Assembly: GCA_011364965.1 (NCBI GenBank)
Contig: RDOB01000004.1
Span: forward strand, 262,036-326,035
Direction: 5' to 3'
DNA from: Candidatus Heimdallarchaeota archaeon
GTDB taxonomy: Archaea; Asgardarchaeota; Heimdallarchaeia; Hodarchaeales; Hodarchaeaceae
Length of the DNA: 64,000 bases
Positions 19,698 through 30,080 of the stretch are shown in pieces (the first letter of the stretch is position 1; each line of letters begins with the position of its first letter). The position numbers were made by a program, and so were the translations under genes. The notes under the pieces are model-generated. The model saw only the letters and a list, made by a program, of their open reading frames with translations, made no database searches and was not told the origin of the DNA.

Positions 19698-21077
19698 TTG
19701 ATAACAATCAACTTTATTCCAGGAGAAAAGAGAATGACATTAAGAACTAATATTGGAGAAAATTATGAGATAAGAGATGCCTCACTTAAAGATGAGGGAC
19801 TAAAAACAATGCAATGGGCTGAAAGTCGGATGCCTGTATTGCAACTGATAAGGAAGCGTTTCGCAAAGGAGAAACCACTTCAAAGCGTTCGAATTGGAGC
19901 ATGTTTGCATGTCACTAAGGAAACATCTCAACTTTGTGAAGCATGGATAGCAGGAGGTGCAGAGGTACATTTATGTGCTTCTAATCCACTATCAACGCAA
20001 GATGACATCACAGCAGCTTTAGTTGCCAGAGGAGTGAACGTTTTTGCGTGGAAGTTCATGGACACAGAAGGATATTACCGTTCGATCGGAAATGTAATAA
20101 AATCGCGTCCACATATAACAATTGACGATGGAGCTGATTTAGTTTCGATTCTTCACAAGCTCAAACGAGGGGAAGGAGGAGAAGACATCGAAGTTATCAA
20201 AAAGATTATTGGGAAAGAAAGAGATTTCATTGATGGCGTGTGGGCAGGAGCTGAAGAAACAACGACTGGCATCATTCGTTTAAAATCAATGGCGAAAGAA
20301 GGAGCTCTACTCTATCCTATTTTAGCTACAAATTCATCCCCATGTAAAACTCTTTATGATAATGTATATGGAACAGGACAATCGAGTATTGATGGAATTT
20401 TGAGAGCAACTGCAGATCTAATTGCTTCAAAGGTTTTTGTTGTCGCTGGATACGGACATTGTGGCAAGGGAGTAGCCATGCGGGCAAAGGGAATGGGTGC
20501 AAGAAGAGTCATTGTTACAGAAACAGAACCCCATGCTGCGCTTCAGGCGGTAATGGAAGGAATGGAAGTAATGCCCATGCACGAAGCTTGTAAAATTGCT
20601 GATATTATTATTACAGCAACTGGAAATAAAGATGTAGTCCGAAAAGAGCACTTTGAAACCATGAAAAATGAATGCTTAGTGTGCAATACTGGGCATTTTA
20701 ATGTGGAAATTAATATTCCTGACCTAGAAAAAATGGCATCAGTAAAAGTTAGAATCCGACCATTCGTAGACCAATATCAGCTTCCAGATGGACGAAAAAT
20801 TAATCTTTTGGGAGAAGGACGACTAATTAACCTTGCAGCGGCAGAAGGTCATTCAAGTGAGGTTATGGACCTCTCTTTCGCCTTACAAGCTTTAGCTACA
20901 GAGTATATTGTTAAGAATAAGGAAAATTTTACCAAAATAGGTGGTAAAGTTGTTGAAATTCCTGAAAATATCGACAATAACGTTGCGTATTTGAAATGTG
21001 ACGCTCTAGCAATCACTCTTGAAAAAATGACCCCAGAACAAGAAAAATATATTTCAAGCTGGAGATCAGGAACATAA
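19698..21077 (+). CDS. ahcY: Adenosylhomocysteinase
   Basis: ACLHVTKET, SNPLSTQD, EETTTG, DNVYGTGQS, GEGRLINL. Likely start ATG at 19734. Confidence 0.97.
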   Translation: MITINFIPGEKRMTLRTNIGENYEIRDASLKDEGLKTMQWAESRMPVLQLIRKRFAKEKPLQSVRIGACLHVTKETSQLCEAWIAGGAEVHLCASNPLSTQDDITAALVARGVNVFAWKFMDTEGYYRSIGNVIKSRPHITIDDGADLVSILHKLKRGEGGEDIEVIKKIIGKERDFIDGVWAGAEETTTGIIRLKSMAKEGALLYPILATNSSPCKTLYDNVYGTGQSSIDGILRATADLIASKVFVVAGYGHCGKGVAMRAKGMGARRVIVTETEPHAALQAVMEGMEVMPMHEACKIADIIITATGNKDVVRKEHFETMKNECLVCNTGHFNVEINIPDLEKMASVKVRIRPFVDQYQLPDGRKINLLGEGRLINLAAAEGHSSEVMDLSFALQALATEYIVKNKENFTKIGGKVVEIPENIDNNVAYLKCDALAITLEKMTPEQEKYISSWRSGT

Positions 21078-21106
21078 AGGTACCCTGAATCTCTTATTTT
21101 CTTTTT

Positions 21107-21943
21107 CTAATTGATATATCCTTTCATCTGTTCAATCAAGTATCGTGTTAATTCGCTCTTTATTCGGTAATTTTGATAAAGATTTATTATATCCTTTTGA
21201 AAATTTGTTATGATTTTAGTATTGTATATTAGTTGAAGATTGTTATAGATAATTTTCTCTAAAATCAAATACTCAGGGGAAGCGGGACTTGGTTTCGGAT
21301 GTTGGTTTTTACCTTCAAGAAGCTTCAATGTTACCTCAGTCGTACAATTCCCGTTTGATACATCTATAATATGATTGACCATACGTCGAACTTGTTGCCA
21401 GAGAAATGATTTTGCTCCAAATCTTATTTGATGAACATTATCCTGATGTGATATGATTTCGGCAAATTTAAGACTTCTTATAGTGTTTTGAGGTTTTTCT
21501 GGGTCAAGCTTGGAAAAACTTGCGAAATCGTGACGTCCAGTTAATATATCCAATGTTTCTCGTGTCTTAGATAAATCTAGCTCATGATAAATGAAATAAG
21601 AATAGATTCGTAAAGCAGCATCAATCCGAGGGTCAAAATTTTCAGGAACTAATGAATATCCATAAATTCGTATAGACTTAGGGAGATATGAATTAATTTC
21701 TGTAATTATAGGAGGATTTTCAGATTTGATTGTCAATATCTGATATAACGCTCCAACTCCCCGATCTGTACGACTGGCATATTTTATGTCAAAATTGTCA
21801 TCTGAAAGCAAACGTGCTTTCTTCAGCGCAAAATAAATGATTGTGAGGATATTTTGCTGATTATAAAGTTGTTTACTAAATCCTGAATACTCAAATGATG
21901 GCAAATATCCAGAAAGAAGAGCATATTTCCTCATATTAGCCAT
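21107..21943 (-). CDS. truA: tRNA pseudouridine 38-40 synthase
   Basis: ASRTDRGVGA, GRHDFASF, SFLWQQVRRMV. Confidence 0.92.
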   Translation of the reverse strand: MANMRKYALLSGYLPSFEYSGFSKQLYNQQNILTIIYFALKKARLLSDDNFDIKYASRTDRGVGALYQILTIKSENPPIITEINSYLPKSIRIYGYSLVPENFDPRIDAALRIYSYFIYHELDLSKTRETLDILTGRHDFASFSKLDPEKPQNTIRSLKFAEIISHQDNVHQIRFGAKSFLWQQVRRMVNHIIDVSNGNCTTEVTLKLLEGKNQHPKPSPASPEYLILEKIIYNNLQLIYNTKIITNFQKDIINLYQNYRIKSELTRYLIEQMKGYIN

Positions 21944-21944
21944 C

Positions 21945-23033
21945 CTACAATTCTTTCAATCTTTTAGCTATTTCTTGATGATTTTTCTTATAGAAATTCT
22001 GAATTAGTTGAACAATTTCTCCTTGATCATTCATTGACACAAGAATAAACTCATTTTGAGGAATATTCAATGTCCAGTATTCCATGAGCTTTTCTTTCTG
22101 TTCCTCAGAAAGCAAATCCTTCTTCCCACAGATAATGAGGATTGGAATACCGACGAAATTTTTTTTAATCCCCTTAAGCAAATTTATTTGTTGGTTTAAT
22201 TCACTATTTTGTGTATAATCCAATATAAATATGATTGCAGTCGCTAATGTCTTTAATGCAGCAACTGCTCGTAATTCTATTTCATTCCTTTCTTCCAAAG
22301 ATCGATCAAGTAAACCTGGGGTATCTACAATTTGACAGGGTATTTCTGTAATAGGCTTTACAGCATCGGAACCTGCAAATACAGGGATGTTGAAATGACC
22401 AACAATCACCTCTTTTGTAGTAAATGGATAAACTCCTATTTCAGGTGCTGCTGCTGTCACTGCATTTACTAGAGAGCTCTTTCCAACATTTGGATATCCT
22501 GCGATGCAGATTGTTGGTTGCTCCATGTCAAATGCAGGCATATTTCTCATTTTAGCCCGAATATCTTCTATAAATTTCAATCTATCATCAAGTTTACGTA
22601 TTACTGATTTCATACGGCCATAAGCAGTCCGTCGGAGATGCTTTGCCTCAATAACAGTTTTTGCGTGCCAGACATCCCCTAAATATTCGCGTTTTATCTT
22701 CCAAATTACATCAGCGGATCCAGAAAAGGAACCCAAGGTTTTTCGAACCTTATCAACTCCGAAACTCATGTCTAGTATTTCAACATAATAATCGATGACT
22801 TCATCTGAACCAATATTAGGAAATTCTTCAACAATTTGGAATAAACGATTTCTTAACGCTTTTGATAATAATTCAATTCTAGTTGCCTCTTTCTTCCTTG
22901 CTCTTCGAATAAGGGGAACGTTTTCTGATGTTCCTTTGACTGATCTTTTCATTGCTTCATCATGAGCAATAGAAAACAGTTTTTCGGCACTAAGAATAGG
23001 TTTCATTGCACGAAATGGATTATTTGAAGGCAA
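21945..23033 (-). CDS. NOG1-family GTP-binding protein
   Basis: GYPNVGKSS, YPFTTK, DTPGLLDR..EERNEIE. Confidence 0.92.
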   Translation of the reverse strand: MPSNNPFRAMKPILSAEKLFSIAHDEAMKRSVKGTSENVPLIRRARKKEATRIELLSKALRNRLFQIVEEFPNIGSDEVIDYYVEILDMSFGVDKVRKTLGSFSGSADVIWKIKREYLGDVWHAKTVIEAKHLRRTAYGRMKSVIRKLDDRLKFIEDIRAKMRNMPAFDMEQPTICIAGYPNVGKSSLVNAVTAAAPEIGVYPFTTKEVIVGHFNIPVFAGSDAVKPITEIPCQIVDTPGLLDRSLEERNEIELRAVAALKTLATAIIFILDYTQNSELNQQINLLKGIKKNFVGIPILIICGKKDLLSEEQKEKLMEYWTLNIPQNEFILVSMNDQGEIVQLIQNFYKKNHQEIAKRLKEL

Positions 23034-23058
23034 ATTTTATCTCACTCTTTTATATTAC

Positions 23059-23607
23059 TCAATCAGTTTTCTTAGATATGTTACGGATTCGTTCAATGCC
23101 ATCAATTGTACCAATTATCTTAATAACGGCTTTTGGAACCATCTTTTGCCAACGAGACCCCTCTAACATCAATTCACGGATTTTTGATCCGTTAAAATCG
23201 GTTCTATTGAACACTCCTGTCGGTTTTACGTCTATACCTGCTTCTTTGAATAATCTACGGGTATGATTATTATTTGTATAAGCTCGTGTAAAAGGAGGAC
23301 AATAACTTCGCACATGATGAATCCAAATGGAATTTCTAAAAAGATCAGGAATTGTAATAACAAAAACTTGATCCAAAGAAATTTCAGCTTCTTTTAGAGA
23401 TTCATGAATCATCCATACTCTTTCACCAGCTGTGAAAGGATTTTTCAGAGTATGGGATTCTTGTGTGCTCCCAATAGCTATAATTACTTCATTCTCTTCT
23501 GCTAGAATTTCTTTTACTACCATTAGATGACCAAGATGAAAAGGATTGAATCTCCCTACAAACAAACCTCTCTTCAAATCAATTCGACGCATTTTGTTTG
23601 TCCTCAA
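23059..23607 (-). CDS. nadM: Nicotinamide-nucleotide adenylyltransferase
   Basis: GRFNPFHLGH, SHTLKNPFTAGER. Confidence 0.93.
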   Translation of the reverse strand: MRTNKMRRIDLKRGLFVGRFNPFHLGHLMVVKEILAEENEVIIAIGSTQESHTLKNPFTAGERVWMIHESLKEAEISLDQVFVITIPDLFRNSIWIHHVRSYCPPFTRAYTNNNHTRRLFKEAGIDVKPTGVFNRTDFNGSKIRELMLEGSRWQKMVPKAVIKIIGTIDGIERIRNISKKTD

Positions 23608-24394
23608 TACTCCTTTCTTTTATTCTTATTGCTTCTTGTATGGATAACTCACCCAAAGCGACAGAGGCTGCTAATTTGGTATCCAGAGTAATTTGGTTGT
23701 TTGATAATTCACGGCTCCACTTTTGAATCTCTTTTAGTCTACCTAGAGAAATATTTGTCGGTATTGGATGATTGAGTTCCTTTCCTGTTCTTTGTCCAAT
23801 TTTATATGCTGCAAGTTCGTCAGAAGATAATGATTTAGAGATAAATCCTCCAGAAACATTAGAAAACGCCTCTGGAACCAATTCAAACGATACTCGTTCA
23901 TCATCTTTAAAATATCTGAAGACCTTATTGAAGATGAGTTCAGAGACTGAGGTAGGTTGATCACCTATTCGAAATCTAATTTCTGAACTTGGAAAGGTCA
24001 ATAAGTAACGCTCAAGTTTTTTATTTAGTCCATTTAATTCAGAAGTTTCTGCAATCAGAAGCATCCCATCACAAATTACTGCAAGTCCAATCTCAGTCCC
24101 TGGATCTATTCCAATTATCATTCTTGTAAATTTAGGAGTGTTTTTTCTTGCAGCAAGGCTTATAATCTTTGGAATTAAGTCTTCATTAATTTCCTCTCTT
24201 TTAACATGCATGATAGGAATATCTATTGCTAAAGAACTTAAATTTTCGGTACTTACTACTAAATCGAAGTTTTTTTCTGCAGGGGGGTGATCTAAGGTAA
24301 AAAAAGTTGCTTTTACTCGCGTACCTCTTATTCCATTTAAGAATTTGAAGTAAAATCTGGTATCATTGGTATAAACTGCTACACGATATTTCAT
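23579..24394 (-). CDS. Conserved archaeal protein with RNase H-like (YqgF/RuvC-like) fold
   Basis: IIGIDPGTEIGLAVI...RIGD...VPE...DELAA.KI. Confidence 0.6.
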   Translation of the reverse strand: MKYRVAVYTNDTRFYFKFLNGIRGTRVKATFFTLDHPPAEKNFDLVVSTENLSSLAIDIPIMHVKREEINEDLIPKIISLAARKNTPKFTRMIIGIDPGTEIGLAVICDGMLLIAETSELNGLNKKLERYLLTFPSSEIRFRIGDQPTSVSELIFNKVFRYFKDDERVSFELVPEAFSNVSGGFISKSLSSDELAAYKIGQRTGKELNHPIPTNISLGRLKEIQKWSRELSNNQITLDTKLAASVALGELSIQEAIRIKERSIEDKQNASN

Positions 24395-24561
24395 TCAAAA
24401 GACCTATCAATTCAATATCAATTCTATTTGAACTCGTTTTTATTTATTGAAGTTATCTATGGAAAAAAATAGGAATTTTTCATCTCACAAAAGCGTTCTC
24501 AGCAAATTAATTAAGCTTCGTTCACAAGAAACCTTTAACCCTGCAATCCGATGGCAATCCA

Positions 24562-25176
24562 ATGGTTCCTACTCTTTCTAGCTTATTACAGAGCAATCAT
24601 CAAGTAATTCAATTTTTTGGTCTACCTGGTACATATAAAACAACTTTAATGGTTCAAATTATTAAAGATGTCCTTTTAAAAAACACAAAACAGATCTACC
24701 TAATTGATACAAGTGGAAACTTTCCAATTATCAGATTAAAATCTCTAAAAGATTTATTACGTAATCTCATTGTATTTCATCCTAGATCATTAGAAGAGGA
24801 AGTTCTTCTTCTTGATGATATTAGTTTTCAGTTGTCTAAACCAGAGATTGTCTTACTTGTTGATGATGTTTTCTTTCATACAATTAGCCAAAATAGGGAG
24901 AATGATCACTTAAATTCTTATATCTTAGCCCAGCTTCAGAATATTTCTAAAACACTTGATTTCCCAATCATTCTAACAAATCAAGCACGGATGTTTGAAG
25001 ATGGAATTCATCCATATTTACAGAGGCTAACTTTACAATATCTTAATTGGCATTTACACTTTGAAAAGGGTATTAAAAGAAACTTGATCACGATTACGAT
25101 ATATAGGGGTACGGAATTCATTTCCACCAGAAATTATAGTATTGAGAACACTGGATTCTTAGTAATAGATGATTAG
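24562..25176 (+). CDS. RadB/Rad51-paralogue-like RecA-family protein
   Basis: QFFGLPGTYKTT, YLIDT, LLVDD, ILTNQ; lacks the RadA N-terminal domain. Confidence 0.75.
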   Translation: MVPTLSSLLQSNHQVIQFFGLPGTYKTTLMVQIIKDVLLKNTKQIYLIDTSGNFPIIRLKSLKDLLRNLIVFHPRSLEEEVLLLDDISFQLSKPEIVLLVDDVFFHTISQNRENDHLNSYILAQLQNISKTLDFPIILTNQARMFEDGIHPYLQRLTLQYLNWHLHFEKGIKRNLITITIYRGTEFISTRNYSIENTGFLVIDD

Positions 25177-25181
25177 GATGA

Positions 25182-26976
25182 TTATATTCGCCTTATTTGC
25201 TTTAACATTTCTTTATATGTGATCCTGAAATGTGTGGGACGACCATGAGCACATATGGTGGGATTTTCAGTTTCAGATAATTCTTTCAGGAGAGTAGCTG
25301 TTTGATGGATAAGAAATGGATTGACCTGCACGATAGGAACTATGGCATGCTATTATACTTAGTATTGTATTAAGCTGATCCTCTATCAATTTCTCAGGTA
25401 AAGTATCTAAGAACTCAATTAAAAATGGTCTTAAATCTTGATTTGATAGGATAGAGGGAATAGCATGGATAAAAATTTCACGATCATTGCTGTGTGGGAT
25501 TCTAATATCGAATCCCAGATCATTAAGAAGATTCAAGTGAGGTTTGATTATATTCTTCTGTTCTGGGGTTATATCAAATCGAAAGGGCTGAATAAAAGTT
25601 TGGGATTTGATTTGATTTAGATCGAGCTCCTTTTGAAGTCGTTCCAAATTGATCCGTTCATGAGATGCATGAAAATCTAGGATAACTAAATCATTAGTAG
25701 GAGTATCCTCTAAAAGCACAAATTCGTTTCCTAGCATCCCCCTATACCTAAGTTGGGATCCAAATAGATTAATTGTAGTTTTTCCTTTTTTTGAAGCTTT
25801 CATATTATATCCAGTATCATCTACCATCAGTTCTGTAGGAATAAATGATCTTTGTATAGATTGATGAAACTCATTAGGAATTGATTTGTTTTGTGATATA
25901 GATTTGATATTTGGTTGCGATAGAAGTTGCGTTTGTTTGCTAGATGTAATCGATGAGGGTTTAAAGGATGGTATAATATTAAATGCTTTTAAACAGTAAG
26001 AAACTGCTTCTTTTACGCCTCTTTGGATTTCTTCTTCTTCATAAAACTGTATTTCTTTTTTCTGGGGGTGAATATTTACATCAAATTCTTTTGGATCCAA
26101 TTCTAGAAATAAGAAAGCAATTGGAAATTCTTGCTTCATAAGATAGGAGCCAAACCCTTCCTCTAAAGCTGTTTGGAGGATTTTTGAGTGAATTCTTCTG
26201 TTATTTACATAAAAGAATTGGTACTTCCGATTTCGTCGGTGATAGCCTGAACGACTCAAATATCCCTGTATCTCTATTTTACCTCGTTTAATTATTCCCA
26301 TATCAATCAAAGAATCCGCAAATTCTTTCCCAAACACATTTTTTATTGCAGTAATTCTTAATTGTCCTTTAAATGTTTGAAATTCAATTTTATTGTCTTT
26401 AATATAAGTAAAAGAAATATTTGGAAATGCAATTGCATATTGCGAGATTATATTAAATATCGGAGATTCTTCAGCAAGAGCTGATTTTAAAAATTTCCTT
26501 CTCACATTATAATTAAAAAAAAGGTCTTTAATTTGAACAATTGTTCCTGAAGAGGGCATAGCTGTCTCTGTAAGGCTATAGTTATTGATATCTCCATTAG
26601 CAATAAGAATAGAAGCTACTTCATCCTCTTCAGTTTTGCTTGTGATTACGATTTTTGAGACAGATGCTATAGAATATAGCGCTTCTCCCCGAAAACCCAT
26701 TGTTTTAATACTATCTAAGTCTCTTTCAGATCGAATTTTGCTAGTAGAATGCCTTCTTAATGCTAATGGTAATTCATCAGCTTTAATCCCTGTGCCATTA
26801 TCTTTTACTTCAATGAGATCCTTTCCCCCGTTGATTATTAATAATCGAATTTCAGTTGATCCTGCGTCAATAGAGTTCTCTAAAAGTTCCTTCACAACTG
26901 AAGCAGGCCGTTCTATTACTTCTCCTGCAGCAATTTTACTGACACATGCTGGGTCTAGCTCTAAAATATGCGCCAT
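25182..26976 (-). CDS. mutL: DNA mismatch repair protein MutL, frameshifted near the C-terminus
   Basis: IAAGEVIERPASVVKELLENSIDAG, GFRGEAL, DFHASHERINLE. The track ORF stops at 25273, but ENPTICAHGRPT continues in another frame to a TAA at 25182. Confidence 0.93.
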
Positions 26977-26977
26977 T

Positions 26978-29725
26978 TTATTTTCCTGCCTTTATTTTTC
27001 TTTCAAATTCTTTTATCTCTTGAACTATCTTCTCCAGCTTTTGCAGTGCTTCAATGGGGGTTTTATAATTTACATCAATATCAGAATAATTTTTTAAAAA
27101 AGCTAAAATTTCTAATTTCAAATCAGTAATCTCTTTTTCATACTTTTGTTGATTAATATTCTTAGAAAAAGCTTCAGCTAAAGAGAGCTGGCGATAACGC
27201 TGTTTAGATTTACTAACATCATTTTTATCTAGAGGGTTTGACTCCAAGGTATTTTCTAATTCAAATAGCTTTTTCTGAGCCGAAAAGATGACTGATTGTG
27301 GAATACCAGCCATTTTTGCCACACTTATCCCAAACGAGTGATCAGTAGATCCAGGTTTAATTTTGTATAAAAGTATTAATTCTCCATTTCTTTCTCTAGC
27401 TGTTTGATGATAATTTTCTACGCAAGAGAATTCTTTTTCTAACTCACTTAGTTGATGGTAGTGAGTTGCGAATAGAGTTTTGCATTGTACCTCTTTTGCA
27501 ATGTGTTCTGCAATTGCCCAAGCTAGTGACAACCCATCGTATGTACTAGTTCCACGTCCAACCTCATCCAAAATTATTAACGATTTTGAAGTAGCATTAT
27601 TGAGAATATAGGCCGTTTCTAGCATTTCTAACATAAATGTAGATTGACCGAATGCTAGCCTATCAAATGCTCCAACTCTAGTGAAGATCCTATCTATAAT
27701 TCCAAGTTGACATTCATCAGCGGGAACAAAACAACCCGATTGTGCTAATAGTACGATGAGAGCTACTTGCCTTATATAGGTTGATTTCCCAGACATATTA
27801 GGACCAGTTATAATGTGAAGTGATCCATCTTCTAGCTGGGTAGAATTGGGAATAAATCCTGTTTCTTTTTGGATCAGTTCCACAACTGCATGCCTTCCTC
27901 CTTTTATTTGGATAACGGGATGTTCTAGGAATTTAGGTCTGCAATACTTATTCTTCAAGGTAGTATTGGAAAAACAGAGTAGTACATCTAATTCAGCTAA
28001 AATTTGGGCAAATTCTCGAATGATAGGAAGTTTTGTAGTAATGCGTTCCCGAATCTGACAGAATAGATTAAATTCCAATTCCTGAATCCGTTCATCAATA
28101 TTCAAGATTTTTTCTTCTATCTCTTTTAATTTTGGCGTAATAAACCGTTCAGCATTAACCAAGGTTTGTCTTCTTATATAATCAGCAGGAATTGCTTCTT
28201 CTCCAGCATCCCTCAATTGAGCCTTTGTAACCTCAATATAATATCCATGAACGGAATTATAACCCATTTTGAGGTTAAATGATGTTCGATTTTGTTCATA
28301 ATCTTCAATTTTTTTCAGTATAGCGTTTTGGTTTGATTTTATCTCTTGAAGCTCTTTTAACTCTTGTGAAAAATTTGGGTTTATTATCCCACCCTCTTTA
28401 ATTGAAATTGGAGGTGATTCAACTATACTTGTCTCAATGTAAGATGCAATTTTTGATAAAATAGTATAATTAATTTTAATCAAATTATGAAATACTTGGC
28501 TATTAAAGTTGTATTCTTGAATAATATCACGTGTATTCAACCCAAAGTTAATAGAGGCTGCTAGCATTAGTAAATCTCTTGCATTAACAGTATTATAAAC
28601 TATTTTCGCAATAATCCGCTCAAAATCGGCTATTTGAGATAATAATACACAAGAATTATCTAATGCGGTATAATTTTCGACGAGTTCTTCTATAGCGTCC
28701 AACCGATTGTTAATATCATTTGGATCTTTAAGTGGTTGTAATAACCACTTCCGAAGGAGTCGTGCTCCCATACTGGTATTAATATCAGTAAAAATAGAAA
28801 GTAAACTTCCCTCAATTTTTCCATCAAATGCATTTTCGGTAATTTCTAGGTTTCGTTGAGTATTAGAGTCTAAAATTAAGAATTTACTATTATCCAAGGT
28901 TCGTAATGTAGTTATATTTGTTGGGTACTCATCTTTAAGTAAAGAAAGATAATTCAATATTGCTCCTGCAGCTCTTGTCCCCTCTATCATAGATTCGCAT
29001 CCAAAAGCGGCCAATGACGCAACTTGAAAGTGGCTCATTAATAATTCTCTTCCCGATTCATAATTAAACATGGTTTCATTCACTGGGGTTATAGTTACAT
29101 TGGATTGTGATCGAACTATCTTTTCAATGGCATTTCGTATTTTTTCTCTTTTTATTGAATCTGTAAACAAAACTTCTTGGGGCTTAAACCGCATAAATTC
29201 ATTTTGAAACTGCTCAACAATATTTTCTTGAAACTCAGTGGTAGAAAATTCCCCTGTGGAGATGTCTACTAACGCGAAACCTATTTTCTGTTTAGATTCA
29301 TTAATTGCTATACTAAGTAGATAATTGTTAGTTTTTTTATTAAGAATTGACGATTCGAAAACTGTGCCTGGAGTAACTACTCTTGTTACTCCTCTTTTCA
29401 CGATTTTGCCTGTCGCTTTTTTGGCATCTTCAAGCTGGTCTACTATGGCAACTTTGTACCCATTCTTAACCATGGTGCCTAAGTATGTATCAATAGCTTT
29501 TATTGGAATTCCAGCGAGCGGAATTCTCTCTCCATCAGAACCAATCCCACGAGATGTAAGTGCAATATCTAATACTTTAGAAGTAATCTTTGCATCATTA
29601 TAGAAAGTCTCATAAAAGTCTCCAAGCTGAAAAAACACAATAGTATTAGGATACTTTTCTTTAATCCTATCATATTGTCTCATTGCCTCTGTTTTTTTCT
29701 GGTGGAACTTTTGATTCTTTTTCAA
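26978..29725 (-). CDS. mutS: DNA mismatch repair protein MutS (MutS1)
   Basis: GDFYETF, TGPNMSGKSTYIRQ, STFMLEM, DEVGRGTSTYDG. Confidence 0.97.
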   Translation of the reverse strand: MKKNQKFHQKKTEAMRQYDRIKEKYPNTIVFFQLGDFYETFYNDAKITSKVLDIALTSRGIGSDGERIPLAGIPIKAIDTYLGTMVKNGYKVAIVDQLEDAKKATGKIVKRGVTRVVTPGTVFESSILNKKTNNYLLSIAINESKQKIGFALVDISTGEFSTTEFQENIVEQFQNEFMRFKPQEVLFTDSIKREKIRNAIEKIVRSQSNVTITPVNETMFNYESGRELLMSHFQVASLAAFGCESMIEGTRAAGAILNYLSLLKDEYPTNITTLRTLDNSKFLILDSNTQRNLEITENAFDGKIEGSLLSIFTDINTSMGARLLRKWLLQPLKDPNDINNRLDAIEELVENYTALDNSCVLLSQIADFERIIAKIVYNTVNARDLLMLAASINFGLNTRDIIQEYNFNSQVFHNLIKINYTILSKIASYIETSIVESPPISIKEGGIINPNFSQELKELQEIKSNQNAILKKIEDYEQNRTSFNLKMGYNSVHGYYIEVTKAQLRDAGEEAIPADYIRRQTLVNAERFITPKLKEIEEKILNIDERIQELEFNLFCQIRERITTKLPIIREFAQILAELDVLLCFSNTTLKNKYCRPKFLEHPVIQIKGGRHAVVELIQKETGFIPNSTQLEDGSLHIITGPNMSGKSTYIRQVALIVLLAQSGCFVPADECQLGIIDRIFTRVGAFDRLAFGQSTFMLEMLETAYILNNATSKSLIILDEVGRGTSTYDGLSLAWAIAEHIAKEVQCKTLFATHYHQLSELEKEFSCVENYHQTARERNGELILLYKIKPGSTDHSFGISVAKMAGIPQSVIFSAQKKLFELENTLESNPLDKNDVSKSKQRYRQLSLAEAFSKNINQQKYEKEITDLKLEILAFLKNYSDIDVNYKTPIEALQKLEKIVQEIKEFERKIKAGK

Positions 29726-29958
29726 CTTGAAACTTCCATTTCTAGAATATCAATAAAGTTGGAAAGTGGAAATAACTTTACAAAATCCGATTTAATGCTT
29801 TAGATACATGAATATTTTTTATTTCATGATTTTTTCTGTTATTCGATTTTGAGTATAATTTATCCGAAAAAAAAATAAGAAAATCTGAGAATATAAAAAT
29901 TACGGGTTACTAGGTTAAGTACATAATAAAAGCCCAGAATAACATGAAAACATGATTT

Positions 29959-30043
29959 GCGGGGATTTCCCAGTCAGGTCAAAGGAGCCAGATTCAGATT
30001 CTGGTCGCGTAGGCGTTCGTGAGTTCAAATCTCACTCCCCGCA
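29959..30043 (+). tRNA. tRNA-Leu(CAG), no intron
   Basis: GCGGGGA/TCCCCGC-A; CCAGA-TTCAGAT-TCTGG; long variable arm; GTGAG-TTCAAAT-CTCAC. Confidence 0.93.
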
Positions 30044-30058
30044 TTTCTTTCATTTAAT

Positions 30059-30073
30059 GCCGAGGTAGCTAAG
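30059..30073 (+). repeat. Duplicated 5' end of tRNA-Ser (att-like direct repeat)
   Basis: GCCGAGGTAGCTAAG versus GCCGAGGTAGCCAAG at 32198-32212 (14/15 identical). Confidence 0.8.
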
Positions 30074-30080
30074 CTTTCTT

